From assembly GCA_003215695.1 (NCBI GenBank), contig QCJZ01000002.1:18074-82073 (forward strand): a DNA stretch of 64,000 nucleotides, read 5' to 3'. The translations under genes and the position numbers were made by a program. This document shows, in pieces, positions 61,522 through 64,000 of the stretch. Numbering within the stretch: the first letter of the stretch is position 1; each line of letters opens with the position of its first letter. The DNA comes from Prochlorococcus sp. AG-409-J03. Lineage in GTDB: Bacteria; Cyanobacteriota; Cyanobacteriia; PCC-6307; Cyanobiaceae. The notes beneath the pieces were generated by a model. It ran no database searches. It was not told the origin of the DNA and was given only the letters and a program-made list of their open reading frames with translations.

Positions 61522-62589
61522 TTAGTACTTGTATCCAGCTACAAATAATTGTTCATCAGAAGAAGGCTGAGAACCAGCAACATACAATCCTTTTGATGCC
61601 TCAGAGTTTGCTTGAGCTCTTGCTATAAGTGCTTTCTGTCCCTCAGAAGTGTTTGAGCCTTTCCATGCTTTTAGACATGAATGTTGTAAGGCACGACCAT
61701 ATGAGAATGAAACATTCCACTTAGCCTTTCTGTCGATCTTGTTCATCAGATTTAAATAAACTGATGCAGCTTCCTCGCTTAAGCCACCTGAAAGGAAAGT
61801 AATACCAGGTACACTTGCAGGTACACAGCGCTCCATTGTACGGATTGTCATCTCAGCAACTTGCTGAGGATCAGCTTTTGTTGAGCAGTCAGCACCTTGT
61901 ACTGTCATTGATGGTTTTAGAAGAGTTCCTTCGAGAAGTACTCCGTTTACCTGGCAGGCTAAATAAACTTCTTTAATTACTTCTTCTTGAACTGCTGCTG
62001 TTTTTTCAATTGAATGTGAACCATCCATTAGGATCTCTGGCTCAATAATTGGAACCAAGCCTGATTCTTGTACTGATCTAGCGTATCTTGCTAAACCCCA
62101 AGCATTTTCTCTTATAGAAAGTTTAGAAGGGCAACCATCATCTGTTATTTGAAGCACTGCTCTCCACTTGGCAAATCTTGCACCTTGCTCGTAATAATCA
62201 GCAGCTCTTTCAACAAGTCCATCTAAACCTGAACAAAAAGTTTCTACATCGTGTCCACCAGCTAATGGTCTTAGACCTTTATCAACCTTAATTCCTGGAA
62301 TTATTCCTAGCTTCTCAAGCTTTTTAACCATAGGCTCACCATCTGGATGGTTCTGGAAAAGAGTTTCTTCGAAAAGAATTGCTCCACTTATGAAGTCTCC
62401 AAGACCTTCTGTGGTGAAAAGCATACCTCTATATGCTTTTCTATTGTCCTCAGTGTTCTCAACACCTATAGAAGCAAGTCTTTTTCCTACTGTTTTGGTT
62501 GATTCGTCAACAGCAAGAATCCCTTTACCTGGCTGGGCTATGGCACTTGCTGTTTTCTTAAGTTCTTCTGCGTAGTACGAGAGGGCCAT
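61522..62589 (-). CDS. fda: Class I fructose-bisphosphate aldolase (eukaryote/plastid type)
   Basis: GKGILAVDES, GIKVDKG, FAKWRAV, PIIEPE, GTLLKP, FLSGG, SFSYGRALQ, C-terminal Tyr. Confidence 0.95.
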   Translation of the reverse strand: MALSYYAEELKKTASAIAQPGKGILAVDESTKTVGKRLASIGVENTEDNRKAYRGMLFTTEGLGDFISGAILFEETLFQNHPDGEPMVKKLEKLGIIPGIKVDKGLRPLAGGHDVETFCSGLDGLVERAADYYEQGARFAKWRAVLQITDDGCPSKLSIRENAWGLARYARSVQESGLVPIIEPEILMDGSHSIEKTAAVQEEVIKEVYLACQVNGVLLEGTLLKPSMTVQGADCSTKADPQQVAEMTIRTMERCVPASVPGITFLSGGLSEEAASVYLNLMNKIDRKAKWNVSFSYGRALQHSCLKAWKGSNTSEGQKALIARAQANSEASKGLYVAGSQPSSDEQLFVAGYKY

Positions 62590-62688
62590 TTATGCAACAA
62601 AAATTTCCTTAAGATTATTCCATATAAACGTCCCTTTTTGTGGCTTATTACACTTAAAAAATTGTTTTTTGCTTTTTAGTGAATTTCT

Positions 62689-63789
62689 TTAATTTATTTC
62701 AAGCTTCATTCCTATTGAGTTTGATTCTTTGACCTTGTCGCAAACCTTTTGGCTGGCTAACCCCTCAGCTAAGCCTGGGATGACAGGTGTATCGTCTTTT
62801 ATGCTTTGTGCCCACCAGCTTTGTATTCTCGCTACAGGAGCAATTCGCCCATCTTTCCAAGTTGTTGAAAAGGAAAGATCTGAATCTGGTTGAATATTCT
62901 TAAGAACTTCTCCTTTAGTTGAGTACCACAAACCAAATCCGTGGACATAATCGTTCTGGTTGTCGCTGCTGAGTACAAGAGTTCCATTGCTTCCATATAT
63001 TTCCAGACTAAAACCCTTGCTTTGTTTTGTTACTGCAGATAGATTTACTTGGACTGGAATCAAATTGTTATTAATGGTTTTTATTTGTAGTTGAGAAATA
63101 CTTACATCTTCACTTGTTACTTTCTTAGTGTTTTTTGAATGTGTACAAACTCTTTCTTTGATTGAAGTAGAATTTATTGCGCTTAAAGAGTGAGTTGGAC
63201 CAATTAGCCAATGAATCATGTCAAAAGCATGGGTACCTAAAGCTCCCAAGACTCCTCCACCAGAATCTTTATCTGAATACCAATTCCATGGTCTATCGGG
63301 ATTGGCCCTGCTACTCATTAGCCAATCTAGTTTTACAAAATATGGTTCTTGTAGATTCTTATCGTTAATTATTCGCTTTGCTTGCATGAACAAAGGAACC
63401 GCTCGATATTCGTAATCGACAGCTATTTTTAAATTTCTTTGGAGAGCATTCCTTTGAAGCTCTTTTACCTCGTCAGAGTTTAAGCAAGTTGGCTTTTCTA
63501 GCAAAAGATGTTTTCCCGCTTTAATTGCCTCTAGTGCAAGTTCGTATCTGGGTGCTGGTGGTGTGGCTACGATTATTCCATCTATTTTGGAATCATTGAC
63601 TAAATCTTTCCATGAATCGTATGCATGAAGATTGTTTTTATTGCAAGCCTCTTTAAGTCTTTCTTCCCTAGGGTGCCACAACCCAACAAGCTCAATATTT
63701 TTATTAGATAATGATGCAGGAATATGAACACTTTCACCGAAACCTAGTCCCGCAATGGCTATACGTAGCGATTGATCTGTCTTGATCAT
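62689..63789 (-). CDS. Gfo/Idh/MocA family oxidoreductase
   Basis: GLGFG, ATPP, LLEKP, GGVLGALGTHAFD. Confidence 0.9.
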   Translation of the reverse strand: MIKTDQSLRIAIAGLGFGESVHIPASLSNKNIELVGLWHPREERLKEACNKNNLHAYDSWKDLVNDSKIDGIIVATPPAPRYELALEAIKAGKHLLLEKPTCLNSDEVKELQRNALQRNLKIAVDYEYRAVPLFMQAKRIINDKNLQEPYFVKLDWLMSSRANPDRPWNWYSDKDSGGGVLGALGTHAFDMIHWLIGPTHSLSAINSTSIKERVCTHSKNTKKVTSEDVSISQLQIKTINNNLIPVQVNLSAVTKQSKGFSLEIYGSNGTLVLSSDNQNDYVHGFGLWYSTKGEVLKNIQPDSDLSFSTTWKDGRIAPVARIQSWWAQSIKDDTPVIPGLAEGLASQKVCDKVKESNSIGMKLEIN

Positions 63790-63809
63790 TGCTTTAAAAA
63801 TTATCGAGT

Positions 63810-64000
63810 TTAAACATTCTCGCAGCTATCTGAAATCACATCAACTAATAGTTTATCCCCATTTGGGTCTTGCCATTTTGCGGTTAAATTCTTTTTTCCA
63901 TTAACTGAAATATCTTTAAATTTATTAGTTAAACAATTGATTTTCATTACATAAATATTCTCATCTATTTCCCTTGATGTAGAAGTGTCTATTTTTAGGT
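63810..64000 (-). CDS. 3' part of a hypothetical protein running off the window
   Basis: Open frame ..ENIYVMKINCLTNKFKDISVNG..WQDPNGDKLLVDVISDSCENV*, stop at 63810-63812. Confidence 0.6.
   Translation of the reverse strand, partial: LKIDTSTSREIDENIYVMKINCLTNKFKDISVNGKKNLTAKWQDPNGDKLLVDVISDSCENV

Noticed and set aside
4166-63415. Numerous 60-144 aa antisense or alternative-frame ORFs inside core genes (e.g. 7848, 15040, 21923, 30326, 41557, 51024, 54879)
   Set aside because: They overlap well-supported genes, mostly lack ATG starts and show no motifs.

Overview
AT-rich chromosomal window of a marine picocyanobacterium. Gene content, gene order and protein lengths point to a low-light Prochlorococcus marinus (inference, no search run). 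Bases 1-7300 are an accessory patch of small hypothetical genes, a HI0933 flavoprotein and a DoxX protein. The rest is mostly core genome: psb28, selU/mnmH, gun4, glnA, agt/spt, tadA, lspA, bioY, sipA, two M16 peptidases, pcyA, devBCA, rpsB-tsf, recG, sir, glyS, chlP, typA, lptB/lptFG, ccsA, rpe, glpX, hemA, glgC, gnd, pgl, ilvD, upp-like, cobW, purS/purQ and a class I aldolase. I found no tRNA, rRNA, CRISPR array or intact mobile element. The most striking observation is in the ferredoxin-sulfite reductase ORF. It carries about 126 extra in-frame N-terminal residues whose first ~65 aa resemble the N-terminal (DUF6538/arm-binding-like) domain of tyrosine integrases. A tandem direct repeat (GGTACCTACAC x2), like integrase arm sites, sits right against its start codon. 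This could be a domesticated integrase DNA-binding module plus its operator on a core metabolic enzyme. Other points of note: a perfect 30-bp palindrome with a second core copy between a 27-aa peptide gene and doxX; several small ORFs missed by the ORF track, including a very basic 51-aa protein upstream of the rpsB cluster; a GT-C-like membrane protein where lptA might be expected; and a eukaryote-type class I aldolase with no class II neighbour.
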